From the NCBI RefSeq assembly GCF_024256425.1, contig NC_071110.1, positions 2,599,451-2,663,450 of the forward strand: a stretch of DNA of 64,000 bases, given 5' to 3'. Below the pieces are notes generated by a model. That model was not told the origin of the DNA. It saw only the letters and a list, made by a program, of their open reading frames with translations, and ran no database searches. Positions 47,397 to 60,799 of the stretch are shown here, one piece after another (position 1 is the stretch's first letter; every line of letters starts with the position of its first letter). A program made the translations under genes and the position numbers. The stretch comes from Clarias gariepinus. Its lineage: Eukaryota.

Positions 47397-48752
47397 AGTA
47401 GGTGAGATAGGGGTATTAGTAGGTGAGATGGGGTATTAGTAGGTGAGATGGGGTATTAGTAGGTAAGATAGGGGTATTAGTAGGTGAGAGAGGGGTATTA
47501 GTATGTGAGATGGGGGTATCAGTAGGTGAGATAGGGGTATCAGTATGTGAGATGGGGGTATCAGTAGATGAGATAGGGGTATTAGTAGGTAAGAGAGGGG
47601 TATTAGTAGGTAAGAGAGGGGTATTAGTAGGTGAGATAGGGGGATTAGTAGGTGAGATGGGGGATTAGTAGGTGAGATGGGGTATTAGTAGGTGAGATGG
47701 GGTATTAGTAGGTGAGATGGGGGTATTAGTAGGTGAGATAGGGTATTAGTAGGTGAGACAGGGGTATTAGTAGGTGAGATAGGGGTATTAGTAGGTGAGA
47801 TAGGGGTATTAGTAGGTGGGATGGTGGTATTAGTTGGTCAGATGGGGGTATTAGTAGGTGAGATGGGGTAATAGTAGGTGAGATGGGGGTATTAGTAGGT
47901 GAGATAGGGTATTAGTAGGTGAGACAGGGGTATTAGTAGGTGAGATGGGGGTATTAGTAGGTAAGATAGGGGTATGAGTAGGTGAGAGAGGGGTATTAGT
48001 ATGTGAGATGGGGGTATCAGTAGGTGAGATAGGGGTATCAGTATGTGAGATGGGGGTATCAGTAGATGAGATAGGGGTATTAGTAGGTAAGAGAGGGGTA
48101 TTAGTAGGTGAGATAGGGGGATTAGTAGGTGAGATGGGGTATTAGTAGGTGAGATGGGGTATTAGTAGGTGAGATGGGGGTATTAGTAGGTGAGATAGGG
48201 TATTAGTAGGTGAGACAGGGGTATTAGTAGGTGAGATAGGGGTATTAGTAGGTGAGATAGGGGTATTAGTAGGTGGGATGGTGGTATTAGTTGGTCAGAT
48301 GGGGGTATTAGTAGGTGAGATGGGGTAATAGTAGGTGAGATGGGGTAATAGTAGGTGAGATGGGGGTATTAGTAGGTGAGATAGGGGTATTAGTAGGTGA
48401 GATGGGGGTATTAGTAGGTAAGATAGGGGTATTAGTAGGTGAGAGAGGGGTATTAGTATGTGAGATGGGGGTATCAGTAGGTGAGATAGGGGTATCAGTA
48501 TGTGAGATGGGGGTATCAGTAGATGAGATAGGGGTATTAGTAGGTAAGAGAGGGGTATTAGTAGGTAAGAGAGGGGTATTAGTAGGTGAGATGGGGTATT
48601 AGTAGGTGAGATGGGGGTATTAGTAGGTGAGATGGGGTAATAGTAGGTGAGATGGGGGTATTAGTAGGTGAGATAGGGTATTAGTAGGTGAGACAGGGGT
48701 ATTAGTAGGTGAGATGGGGGTATTAGCAGGTGAGATAGGGGTATTAGTAGTT
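47397..48752. repeat. Minisatellite, ~65 copies of a 20-21-bp unit (GTAGGTGAGATGGGGTATTA, with GATAGGGG / GAGAGGGG / TATCAGTA variants). It has a higher-order period of ~475 bp, repeated about 3 times.
   Basis: Seen directly. The variant block …GAGAGGGGTATTAGTATGTGAGATGGGGGTATCAGTAGGTGAGATAGGGGTATCAGTATGTGAGATGGGGGTATCAGTAGATGAG… recurs at ~47490, ~47985 and ~48440. ORF 48360-48602 is an artefact. Confidence 0.9.
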
Positions 48753-50229
48753 AACAGATTATGGGCCAAACTTCACTGAGTGATGATGGTAGAATAATTA
48801 TAAAGGTCTTGACTAAAACAACATGCATGAGGAATGACAAAAGAGTTTTCATTTTCTGCAAAGGAAAAATACTCGAACTAGTTACTTGTATCAGAAAGTA
48901 ACGCTGTAATGTAACTGATTACTTTTTGAAGCCAGTAATTTTGTAATGTAATTAGTTACTTTAAGTAACACCCCTTAACACTGCTGGTGTTTCCACATTG
49001 CCCACAGTGTGTAAATGAGTGAATGAGTGTGATTGTGTACCCTGTGATATACCCTGGAATAGGCTTCGGCCCTCTTGTGACAGTAAAAGATAAGCAGTAT
49101 AGAGAATAAAAACAAATGACTGAGATACCTCTAAGTATATAAAAAGTAAACTGAAAGTATACTTACTTATTTTTAGTTTAAAAGAAGTGTACTATTAGTA
49201 CACTTAAACTTATTTTTGATAATAGATTGCCAAAGGAACATGTCACATGGAGAGAGCATTTTTGCAAGTGACACTACTTAAGGATAATAATAATAATCAC
49301 AAGAGCTTACCACACCTTTTAAATCTCATGGATTTGTACACAAACACATATTTGGCATAGCACAGCCTAAAGAGGGTTTGCAGTGACATAACCGGATGTT
49401 GCATTCCACCATATTAACATTCCAGCTACTGTATGTCTAGCTGCCAGGATCATTTTAATACAGTATACATACATACATTCATATAGATAAATACAGAATA
49501 AAAGAAATAAAAGAGATTTCATATCTTATTTTTTTCATTGACAATGGTTGACATTGAGTCAAATCTTATAATAAATTGATTTTGATGCCATCGGTGTCTT
49601 TTGGTTCTTTATCGACAATAAATGCACTTTTTTTTATTTTAGATCTGTGTGAGATTTCCTCACTCCATCGAATGCGAGATGGTGATTAAAAGTGAATATA
49701 GATGAATTCTTATATCTAGAGAAAATATTTCTGGTATGTTAGATAAGTTTATGAATCATGGGGCTTTGTGTTATAAATACCATTTTTTCATCTTCATATT
49801 GGCATCCTACAGCTAGACCCAAACCAAGATTCAAATTAAGTTGAATCTCTGTGGATTCTTGGAATCTCAATTCAATTCAATTGAAAAAATTTAATAATTG
49901 TCATTGTCGCAAAGCAGCTTAATGCAATCAAAATAATTATTTAAGTTTGTATGGAATGTGAATGTGTATGAATCAAAATGGTCAGATAGTCCCTGGTAAG
50001 CAAGCCGAGGGCGACAGTGACAAAGAAAAACTCCCTGAGATGGTAATAGGAAAAAACCTTGAGAGGAACCAGACTCAACAGGGAACCCATCCTCATCTGG
50101 GTGATAACAGATAGCAGGGATTGATCTGCAGTCATACTGTGTGTTAGTTGGCAGGCAGTTCAACATACCAGTTAATGTTAATTGATGTAAATATGGAGTC
50201 CAGGTAGTTATTGGAGGCTCAGGTAGACT

Positions 50230-50620
50230 TGTAGGAGTCCTATGATGATTCCAGTCCTGAACTATCTAGCAACTGCAGCCAAGTCAAGTCACCGAATATC
50301 ACTCATGTCATGCAATAACTTCTTATGTCATTCACTTGATGGCAACTTGAACATGTTTGAACCAATGCAAAAACCCCTGTTGAAAATAGTTAACTCTTCA
50401 TTCAGCATTAGGTATCTTCCAAAACCTTTTATATTAGCAGTTAGTAAACCACTAATTAAGAAACCCGACCTTGACCCTTGTCAGGTGTCCAATTACAGGC
50501 CGATATCAAACCTCCCTTTTTAGATATGTTCATATCTACATACTGTAAGAGACTGGATGTTAATTGACTTCCTTCTGCTTAATTCTGACAACACAGAAGT
50601 ACTCGTCCTAATACCACATG
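50230..50620 (+). mobile_element. LINE (L2-like) ORF2 N-terminal fragment (…PLIKKPDLDPCQVSNYRPISNLPF).
   Basis: The motif DPSNYRPIS-LP is characteristic of L2/CR1-clade reverse-transcriptase N-termini. Confidence 0.5.
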
Positions 50621-53600
50621 CAGCAAGAAGTAAGCTTTTTAATCACACAGTAACTCTGAAGCTGCCTTCCAGCCTCCTAACAATGACTGCAAAACCATTC
50701 CTGCTATCCCTTATCACCCAAATGAAGATGGGTTTCCTGTTGAGCCTGGTTCCTCTCTAGGTTTCTTCCTACAGCCATCTCAGGGAGTTTTTCCTTGCCA
50801 CCATCACCCTCAGCTTGCTTATCAGGGACCATCTGATTTATACACATTTTCTCATATTTCATACACATTTCTTTTGATTCTGTAAAGCTGCTTTGGGGCA
50901 ATGACCATTGTTAAAAGCGCTATACAAATAATATAAATGAATAAATAAATAAATAAATAAATAAATAAATAGTTGTTTGTCAGTGACTCCAACATGCATG
51001 ATCTAATAAAAACCATTAGCTTTGTAGCCAGTTCCTTAGGAAAGCAAATGTAAGATCAGCAAGCATGTATGCAAATATGATGATGTCAAGGAGACATACG
51101 AGCAGTGAGTTTATTCTCTTCTACCCTCTTTATTTTAGCACAAGAGGAAAAAAACATCAAACTTTGTCACATATAGCTGTAATAGAAAAAAAAAAACAGG
51201 GTTCAATAAAGAGATATTTATTATTAGCAAACAGCTCTTACTGAAATAGCTTACTACAGTACTTTTGGTATGAAGCTACAAGGCCTTTGGATGATTACTG
51301 TGCTCACAAGTATGCCATTGTAAATATTTCCTAAATTTATTTAAACAATAAATGTTGCCTAAAGGAGAGGTATGAGGATGACCCAATAATTAACCCTTTA
51401 TTAGGTTTAGCTAACATTAATGTGCTCGCGAGAACAAAAGCCCTTATAAACCTTGGAGAAAAGAAAATGTAGCACAATGGGATCACAGGATGAAACAAGG
51501 ATAGAAAACCTTTAAAGTATTTACTGACCACCTCTGGGTAATCTTATAATTATCAGATTCTGTTGGAGTGCCTTACAGTATAAACATTGCAGGTCTACAC
51601 ATGCAACTGGAACTGTTTCTCTGTGCAAATCCCCCTGCACACATATTTATTACTATAATTAGTTGGAAAATGTGCACTCATAACAGATTGCATCAGTTCA
51701 AAGGATTGTTGATGAGAAACCGGAATGCAAAACCAGAGGAATGCGGTTAGGTCAACATATTTAAGCCCAGGCATACAGTAATCCAGGCAAATTCTATTAT
51801 TTCCGCCAGAAAATTGCCCATTCATTTTAGGAATGCTGGTCTTTAAGGCACAGATATCCATTACCTTGTTACCACAAAGATACTCGATTATACAGTTTAC
51901 ATAGATTATACAGCTCAAATACATAAGCCTGTGCAAAATATATTGTTTGAGCTTACAGTGTTCAATAAACTGTCAAGACTATTAAGGAGTTGAGCAGTAC
52001 TTGTTGCCTTTTAATACTGTTTTTGATGATGCCCTAGCTAATGACTTTGCACACTTTGTGCCTTTTTTGTCCTGACAAAGATTTTTCAAGTATGCATGTA
52101 GCAATGTGTTGTCAGAGAATTTCATGAATAAAAAGTTTACATCTGAACTACTTTGTTAAACCTACAGTTTCCTACATCAAACACACACACAAAAAAATGT
52201 TCCTACAGAAAGTAGATGTGGGGTACTGTGATATCTCAGCATTTAATCTATCCTGGAGATGAGTTCTTAACATTTGTAGTGAAACGCATTTTCCCATAGG
52301 AAATAATGTAAATGCACATAATCCGTTCCAGCCACACAAAAATATTACTAATATTACTAATTCCCATCCTGATTAAATTTTTGCATATAACATCAATCAA
52401 AACATTTTAAAAAGACATATGGGTAAAGTAAAATATGAAGTAAATAGACATTAAACCTCTTAACCTTAATGTATGGTTTTCTTGGCATTGTCTGCTTTAA
52501 AAACAAAACTGAGAGTGGAAAGCTGCCGATCATTTTTAAGACGATGTTGTATTCTTTATAATGTTTTCATATAAAAAGCAGTTTTGTTCTGATTCTGCAT
52601 TTTTACTGTTACACGACTTTCCCCCCAAATCACAAGGGGAATCACAGTGATAAAAGGAGGTCAGCTGACCATGTTTAAAGAGAAGCCATGAGTACACAGA
52701 CAGCCAACACTCCATTGTGGTTTATATACTCGTGATGTGCAGTTTCAGACTGTCCAACCTTCTGTCTCTTTAAAGATACAGTACATCAACATTGGATTAC
52801 TCTTCACTGGGACAGTATCATTATCATGCTCTTGGACTGACTCATAAGGCCGGTGAGGCCGATACAACAACCCAACATGGCCACACTCACACAGTATTCA
52901 GGACTTTGGACTGTTCATCCATTCATATACCAGCAGATGAGAAAAAAGTCCTGTGTTGTGTAATATCGGTTAGTTAATTAACATGAGCATTACAAACATT
53001 CTCGGGACTGATGGTATTATGTCTTCCCTAAATTTGGCAGAAATTTTTTTAAAATAATAATAATTATATATATATATATAACTTTCTTTGTATATATATA
53101 TATAAAGAAAGGTTTTACTGCCAGAACTGTTCTGTACAATCAAAAGTTTAATTTAAATGCCCTGTGTATTAAGCAATAATGATGGCGATTTGATACCTAA
53201 GCTCTGGAGCATTGAGTACAAGTGTGGCCATTCCTTCTGAACATGAAACCATGCTGTTTTTGCTCCAGTTTGCTTTCATGCTCATGATGCCAGCTGCATG
53301 CTGTAATACTGTATATCATATCCTTACAGTAGCAGAACAGTATTTAGCTATTTGCTCCCTATTGTGAAATATTTATAATGCTGACTTCTGCTTAATCCTA
53401 GCTGCACATTAATGCTGTAGAAAGACTTGCCATTCACATAATCTCCTTCATACACTCAGCTGTGCTGGGTAATTTATACTGTAAGTGCTATCTATGCCAC
53501 CAATCACACCTGGAAACTCTAACATGGATCAGATTAAATAATGCTACTTTTATACCAATCAAATGAAATGATCAAATTATTAATCCCAAATGAATTAATG

Positions 53601-54789
53601 AATTTATTTATTTAATTATGAGAATTCTCAAGGCTCAAAGCATTCCAATAAAGGTTTTTTATTTGAACCATATATCTAAAGCCTCATACAGTAGGCAAGC
53701 AATTCTTTTTGTCAAAAAAGAGTAAAGCAGAGCTACTCTTACTCACAAAGCAAACAAATTATGAATATTGACATAAAAAATGGTTAAAAAGATGCTGGGA
53801 GTATGGTTTGAGGTATGTGCTCTTTCTCACATGCCAGTAGTACATCCACTCATCCAGCAGCCAAAATGCTGGGTGTTTGGGTGATTAGTTATGCACTAGG
53901 ACCCTGTTCATGCTGTGCTTCATGCTACTGTACAACTGAATGGGCTGAAATTTAGGCTGATTTTAAAAATATTTGGGTAATGGTGATTCAGGACTAAAAT
54001 TGAGCTGAAGATGCTAGAGAGACCAAAAGGTCAGTGGAACTGGAGTTTAGAAACTGAAAACCCAGATCTTCAAGTAACTACCACTGAGCTTTTACCAAAC
54101 CTGCTTTCTGAAATCTATTAAAAACAGTAGCAGTATGGGGATACAGAAGCGCCAGACAAGATTCTAATAATAATAGTAACAAACATAATCATAAACAAAA
54201 CTACAATGCCAAACAAAAGGAAGAAAACACACTGGGTTAATTGGGTGTACAGCGCCCTCCAGGGGACAGTCCTGGCACTTGTAATGTAAGTTCCAGTTTG
54301 TACGAGAGCAACTTCAAATTCAAATTTTATTTGTCACATACACAGTCATACACAGTACGAAATGTAGTGAAATGCTTACACGACCGATACTTACTTCTTA
54401 CCATCTTACATACTTACATACTTCTTATCAATATCTATCTAAACATATTGCCATTGTTCACTAACATTAATGTACAGCCATCTGTATATCTTACACTATA
54501 CTTACTTTACATTTAACCACTTAGAGAATTTTTCACTTTTATCAAAAGAGAGTAAATGAGTATGAAATATGAAACTATGCTATTGATTTTTTTTAAACAT
54601 GTCTTTAAAGCTCAAGTTTAAGACAAAATATATAGATAGCAGAGTTGTTTCATTTCAGTGAGCTACTTTTTAAAATAAAGAGACTTACTTGAAGACTTAT
54701 TAGGGAAAAAAATATCATTGTACTCCACAGTTGTATGTGTTTTACACTCACTCACCTTCTATACCCCGACTTATAACGCAGGTATACAC

Positions 54790-55020
54790 ATTCACACACT
54801 ACGGGCAATTTGGGAACGTCAATTAACCTAACTTTGGACTGGGGACTGTGGGAGGAAACCGGAGTACCTGGAGGGAACCCACCAAGCAGAACATGCAAAC
54901 AGATGGTATGTGCATGTGCCCTGCGATTCCTGAGAGACTCCAAGTCCCCGCGACCTTCGATCCTGGCCGGGAATCGAACCCGGACCCTGGAGGTGCAAGG
55001 TGCAAGGTAGCATGGTGGTG
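54790..55020 (-). mobile_element. DANA-like SINE fragment, reverse orientation.
   Basis: Contains the reverse complement of …GGTTCGAGCC…GAGTTTGCATGTTCTCCC…-like segments (ACATGCAAAC…GGGAATCGAACCCGGACC). Confidence 0.55.
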
Positions 55021-55967
55021 TATCACTGAAATGGTTGTAAATAAATAATCACTGAAATGGTTGTAAATAAATAACTGGTTAAGGTAATCACTGCAACATT
55101 ACACAGTTAAAACATTTACATAGAGAAGTTTACACAATAGGAAGAAAAAAATACAATCATTACTATGAGTGGGTACTGAGTGTGAGTCCTTTTGAGCAAG
55201 TCTTAGATATGTCTCTCAACATTGTTCTGTTAATCTCTTTCTTACTGAACCACATAATTGAATCATGAATGATAGATGAATTAATAGATAGATGACTTGA
55301 AATGTGGGAAGTTTTATCGTTTCCAATTTCCAAGTTTGAAACATCTCAAACATGACCTGTGGGCAGTAAAAATTTCAGGTCTAAAATATACTTAACCATC
55401 CCATGACCAGCAGATTAAGGTATAATGTGTTCGATCCTTGAATGACATCTTTTGCACAAAAAGCTCAGGACATTTATGTTCCATTCAGCTTTTTCTTTTT
55501 GTCTTTTGATATCTTTTAGACATAAAATAATTATTGGGTATTACCTCTTTGTTATTTTTGCAGTGAATTTGAGGTTGTGAACAGATGAAATAAAGACCAG
55601 TCTAAATTAAAGACCAAAAAATCCGATCAATGGACCAACCCAATCTGTCCAGATTGGTGTAAAGGGCTTATAAATAATTTCAGAATATATTATATCTTAA
55701 CTGGACCCTTGATAAGAAAAGGGTCCAAAAAATTGTAAAGTTTTTGTAATCTTTTAACAGTGCTTATCGTTAAAAAGTATGTTTAACATCCAACAATTTA
55801 AGTAATTAAAAAAACTATAAGAAAGATACAGTTAAAAAAAATATATATATATAATTTATGTTTTGAGTATACAAACATGCCATTCTATTGTATAAAACTA
55901 TACATCTTAAAATATGGTATCTCAGTTTATTTTTATTTAAACATTTTATTTTTTTTAAATCATCATT

Positions 55968-56491
55968 TTATTTTGGATCACATAACCTCATGGTTGAGTT
56001 ATACCATACCCTGAACCCAGCGTACAGAGGCTGAGTAAATGTGGTGTGAACTGTGTGGAGGAGCCTCATCGTGTCAGAGACATTGTAGAAGGACAGAGTT
56101 CCTGCATTGTGATCCACATACACTCCTATTCTTGTAGAAGCTGGTCCTTGGACCTCAGTCTTTACATTGTTGTGCCAAAAAGAGACAGAAGAAGAAGAAC
56201 AACGCAGACTCCAGGACTGACTGTTATAGCCAAACCCACACTTATTACCTCCACCTTTCCTGCAGATCTCTTTATATGAGACTGATATGGAGACACAAAC
56301 GCTCCACTCCACTTCCCAGTAACAGCGTCCACACACACTCTCCTTACACAACACCTGAGTTCTGGAGTCAAATCTCTCTTGGTGACGTGTGTATCGCTGT
56401 TTTGTCAAAATATGTTTTACTGCTCTGTTCTCCTCAGACAGAAGGAGTTGACAATGTGCTGTGTTGGGATCCAAAGTCAAATAACAGAAAT
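55968..56491 (-). CDS. finTRIM-like locus 4 B30.2 exon (…DFCYLTLDPNTAHCQLLLSEENRAVKHILTKQRYTRHQERFDSRTQVLCKESVCGRCYWEVEWSVCVSISVSYKEICRKGGGNKCGFGYNSQSWSLRC…GVYVDHNAGTLSFYNVSDTMRLLHTVHTTFTQPLYAGF…*).
   Basis: B30.2 motifs; acceptor ttttag|ATTTCTG. Confidence 0.75.
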
Positions 56492-56639
56492 CTAAAACGA
56501 TAAAATGTCCATAGGTTAGATGGTAATCCACAGTTTATCTCATGACATTATTATCTATCAAGAGAGCAATTAAACAGTTAGTTGTCATAGTTGATGCTTT
56601 AAAACAGTAAAAATAGACAATAGTCAGAATCTGAACAAC

Positions 56640-57175
56640 TTTGATAAGAGCCAAGGTTTACTGATGTGCATGAGACACGAAGGCTAGCCCATATGGAAGA
56701 GCTGGCACCAGGTTGCACAATGGTAAGAAAGCAAGCCAGTGGAGGTGGTCTGATTTTCTGGGTAATTTTTTTGCTAGGAAGCCTTGGGTTTTGCTATTCA
56801 TAAGGATGTTATTTTGACTTGTACTGTACCACCTACCTAAACATTGTTGCAGACCAGTACAGCCCTTCATGGAAAGGGTTTTCCTGGATGGCAGTGGGTT
56901 CTTTTAGCAAAATAATGCACTGCAAACATTGTTCATGGAATGTTTTAAGGAACATGCCAATGAGATTGATGACTAGACCAATTGAGTGTCTGTGGGATGT
57001 GCTGGAAAAACGTCAGATCCATGGAGACATCACCTCACAACTTACAGGACTTAAGGAATTAGCTTGGTTCCAGTTACCAAAGCAAACCTTCAGAGGTCAA
57101 CTCAGAGTTGTTTTGGTGGCACAAGGAGAACTAAGCAAGATAAGTAAGAAGATTATAATCATATGACTGATCTGT
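56640..57175 (+). mobile_element. Tc1-like transposase C-terminal fragment (…ECLWDVLEKRQIHGDITSQLTGLKELAWFQLPKQTFRGQLRVVLVAQGE…).
   Basis: Similar to the Tc1 transposase C-terminus (NSPDLNPIEHLWDVL…). Confidence 0.55.
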
Positions 57176-57208
57176 GAATAATAACACAGGGGTGTAAGAG
57201 ACACATGT

Positions 57209-58079
57209 ACAGTGGAACCTCGGATTGCGAGTAACATGCTTTGCGAGTGTTCTGTAAGAGGAGCAAAGAATTTTTATAAATTTTTACTGTAAAAACTAGC
57301 AAATCTTGGTTTATGTGTACCGAGTGTCATGTATCACGCATGCGCTTCTTGTTTTAATGCCGAGTGTCATGTGGTCACAACTGTGCCAATGTTTTTTTTT
57401 TCTCTCTTGCACTACGGAATTGTGGGTAATCGTCTCCCCTGCTGGGTCTTAGTGCTCGTCTGTTACTGGTATCCGTGCACCCGTGTACTCGTTTACTATA
57501 ACACTGTGACCACGTGTGGCACATAAAACCTCTTATAATTTGTGTTTGTATGTGTGTGTGTGTGTGCAGCGTGCATGTACTGTTTATTATAACACACGTG
57601 TATGCGCGCGTGTAAAGCAAAAGAAAGTCTCATTAGAAGGGGTTAAAGATCCATTTTCTCTCTCCCTCTCTGTATCAGCCTGTCGTTTGCTTCTGTGTGC
57701 GCGCGTCTTTGGACACTGTGCCCCTTTACACACACACCCCTCCTTTCGCTTTCACACAAACACACACACCCACCCTCTCCTTCTCTCGTTTTCACACACA
57801 CACTATGCTCTACACAGAAACACTGCTCTGCCTGCCGCACAAACGGAAACACTTATTTGTTGGTTTTTTTTTTTTACTTAAAGGTAAAGTGCAGGTTATT
57901 TTGTTTTATTTTTACTTTATATTTTGTGTTAATTATTTTTAAGTATTTAATTTTTTGGGCTGTAGAATGAATAATTTGAGTTATTATTATTTCTTATAGG
58001 AAGATTTGCTTTGATTTTAGTGTTTTGAAATATGAGCCATTCCAGAACAAATTATGCTCGTAATCCAAGGTTCCACTGT
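57209..58079. mobile_element. Non-autonomous DNA transposon (MITE-like, ~870 bp) with ~24-bp TIRs (TACAGTGGAACCTCGGATTGCGAG … CTCGTAATCCAAGGTTCCACTGTA). It is inserted next to the Tc1 remnant and contains CA/GT-rich low-complexity DNA.
   Basis: The TIRs are perfect reverse complements, read directly. A TA lies on each side. Confidence 0.7.
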
Positions 58080-58163
58080 ATGTGTTTCTACATGCATGTG
58101 ATACTCTATATGAAATATGTTAAAAATTACCTAACCTCAGTGAGAGGGTAAAATCGGTCAAAA

Positions 58164-58194
<31 letters not shown>

Positions 58195-58436
58195 TTCACT
58201 TACAGTGCAGAAAATCTTCTCTGTTCTTCAGTTCTGAGGGTGAAAATATGTTATTTGTTCGTATCTTATGTTTATAATAATGTTGTCATATGTTAAGTTA
58301 GATAAGTGTGTAGATTTGCAATTAAGCTCCACTGAATTTGTTTCACCTGGAAGGTTTCTCTTGATGTCATTTACGAGGCTAATACTGATACTTTGTGACT
58401 TTATCTTGTCTTGTTACTGTTTTTCTTCCTATTTAC

Positions 58437-58560
58437 CTTGTGGATAGATTTTGTTGGATTTCTCATCACTGATTTCCTCGACTTGTTTTTTCAGATCTGA
58501 GATTGATTTCCTTTCTCCATCAAATAAGAGATGTTGATTGACAGTAAAGCTGGGTGAGTC
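58437..58560 (-). CDS. finTRIM-like locus 4 internal exon (DSPSFTVNQHLLFDGERKSISDLKKQVEEISDEKSNKIYPQ).
   Basis: Acceptor tgtcag|GACTCACCC, donor CACAAG|gtaaat; 124 nt in frame. Confidence 0.6.
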
Positions 58561-59513
58561 CTGACATCCAGGAGAAACACAGAGAGACGGGGAACTCTAC
58601 AGAGAGGAAACACACAATAGTGTGTATACAGTACTAAATGTGTGAGCAAGGATGCTGGATATTTCCATTTTTTAACACATACTGTATACAACAGGTACGT
58701 CTGTTTGACTGATTAATTAAATTCTGATTGTAGGAGGCAACAGCATTCCACGAATCACATTCAATGTGAACAAATTTGACATATTTTTACATTTGGCAAT
58801 TGTCAAGTCAGCAATTGAATTAGGGGGAATATACAAGAGACACTACCTTCTCTTGAGTCTACAAATTAATTAGCAAAATCAAATAACTTCACTAGGGAGT
58901 AAAGAAAGTGTTTGTAGTTAGACAATGTTTGACTCAAAACCCTGCAGAAGCTTTTTTGGCGTAGAACTGTTGTATAAAAGCAATATGACACTGGGGTTCT
59001 TTATAGTAAAGTGGATTAAATGAATGAATGAATCTCAAAGACACTTGTAATACATGGCAAGAACAATCTCTACTGGTCAATGTACACTAAATGGCCAAAA
59101 GTATGTGGACAACTGACCACCACACCAACTGTTGCCATAAGGTTTAAGGCAATTACATTAATGTATATGTCTTTTTTTGTTGGATTTTACAGTTGATGAC
59201 AATGTCCTGTGTACAAACTGAGCTCCATGGTGTGTAAAGGTTGGTATGGAAAAAATCAAGTGTCTTGAACAAAGCCATGACTTTAACCCCACTGGACACC
59301 TTTGGGTTACATTGATGTTGACTATCTGCCAGACCTACTAATCTTTTGAAAGCTAAATAAACACAAATAAGTCTCAAAATCTAGTGGAAAGCCATTAAAG
59401 AATAGGTGAGCTCATTATAAAAACAAGAAGTAACAATTCTAAGTTGAAATGTTCATTACGAACACTGAAGAACCTTCCATAAACTTTTAGCCAAATATTG
59501 TACAGTATATGCA

Positions 59514-59544
<31 letters not shown>

Positions 59545-59548
59545 TCAC

Positions 59549-59626
59549 ATTGACAGAGTCTACTGTCGGTTCCAGCTCCTGATCCACTTTCTGTTGTGAT
59601 TGCATCTGCTCATCCTTTAGTTCATC
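59549..59626 (-). CDS. finTRIM-like locus 4 short coiled-coil exon (DELKDEQMQSQQKVDQELEPTVDSVN). No equivalent of the long 234-nt coiled-coil exon was found between 58570 and 59549.
   Basis: Acceptor cctcag|, donor AAT|gtgagc; 78 nt, phase 0. Confidence 0.55.
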
Positions 59627-60589
59627 CTGAGGCCAAATTAAATACATTTTATTTCTGCATCAGAAGATGTTCATTTCACTCATGTTCTATTTACCTGCTG
59701 TTTAAATATGTTTTTGATACACTGTCGGTCAAAAAGTACACCCTAATGTACACCCTAATTTTTCATTGTGCACTATATAGTATCCCATTCATCAGATCAA
59801 ATTATGCCTTATTCTCCCACAATAATTTTTTTACAGTCTGAGCCCTGGAATACGGCCATGCTGTCAGGTAAGAAAAACTCCATAAATATGATAACCTGGT
59901 CATTTAGTACATTCAGGTCATCAGCTAACTTCATTTTATTGCCAGATAATGTTGCTGACCCTAGACCTAAACAACTGAAGCAACTACAGGAAGTGGTTGT
60001 GCACCTATCTCACCTTTATTCTTTGCCTCATTATCTTCAGGCTTTCACTTCACCCTTTAATAGCATCTCAGAACTCTAAAGCTTTCATGTCTTTACTCCC
60101 TACCTAAGGAACCTAAGGAACCTGGTAAAGAAACGATCCTGCCCCAACCATGCTTCATTTGAGCCATTACATTGCTCCATATTCAGTTTTACAAATAAGA
60201 TTGTACAAAAATCTTTGTATTGTACTCAATAATTGCATCTGGTTACCATTCACAGGCTACCAGAGAAATGTAGAGAGTCAACCAAGAGATTGATCAGTTT
60301 GTAAAAACATTTTTGTGTCCTCAATTTCTCCCATAGTTTAAATGTGCCCAAAGCCCTTTCTCCATTGTTAGGTTTAAGAAGAATAGTGTCCAAATTGTTA
60401 AGGTTTAAAATAAATTAAAGGAAAAATTATTTTTGACGATAGGAAAGTATGCGTTCTCATTTTCCAGTTAGGCAAAAAAAAGTTCCAGCTGACACAAGCT
60501 GTTTGAATGTACAGTATACTTGTCTGGATATGAGCTATAGGAAGTGTTACATAAGTCAAAATAGGGGGTTGTTTTATGGGCAGAGGAAC

Positions 60590-60740
60590 CTTTTCAGGTG
60601 GCATGATGGCATAGTGGTTAGCACTGTCACCTTGCACCTTCAGGTTCTGGGTTTGATTCTGGCCTCAGGTCTGTGTGCGTAGAGTTTGCATGTTCTCCCA
60701 ATGCTGGGTGGGTTTTCTCCCTTTTAAAGAGGCAGGGTTT
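60590..60740 (+). mobile_element. DANA-like SINE fragment (…GGTTCTGGGTTTGATTCTGGCCTCAGG…GAGTTTGCATGTTCTCCCAATGCTGGGTGGGTTTTCTCCC…).
   Basis: Matches the conserved DANA core segments. Confidence 0.6.
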
Positions 60741-60799
60741 TTTCCCATTCTCAAGAAACCCTGCTTGGATCCAGCAGACTCTTTTAGCTCTAACATTCA

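Noticed and set aside
48360-48602. 80-aa ORF MGVLVGEIGVLVGE…
   Set aside because: Pure translation of the 20-mer minisatellite; not a gene.
57516-57970. ORFs of 80-120 aa rich in Thr/His/Pro/Leu.
   Set aside because: Translation of CACA/CTCT low-complexity DNA inside the MITE-like element.
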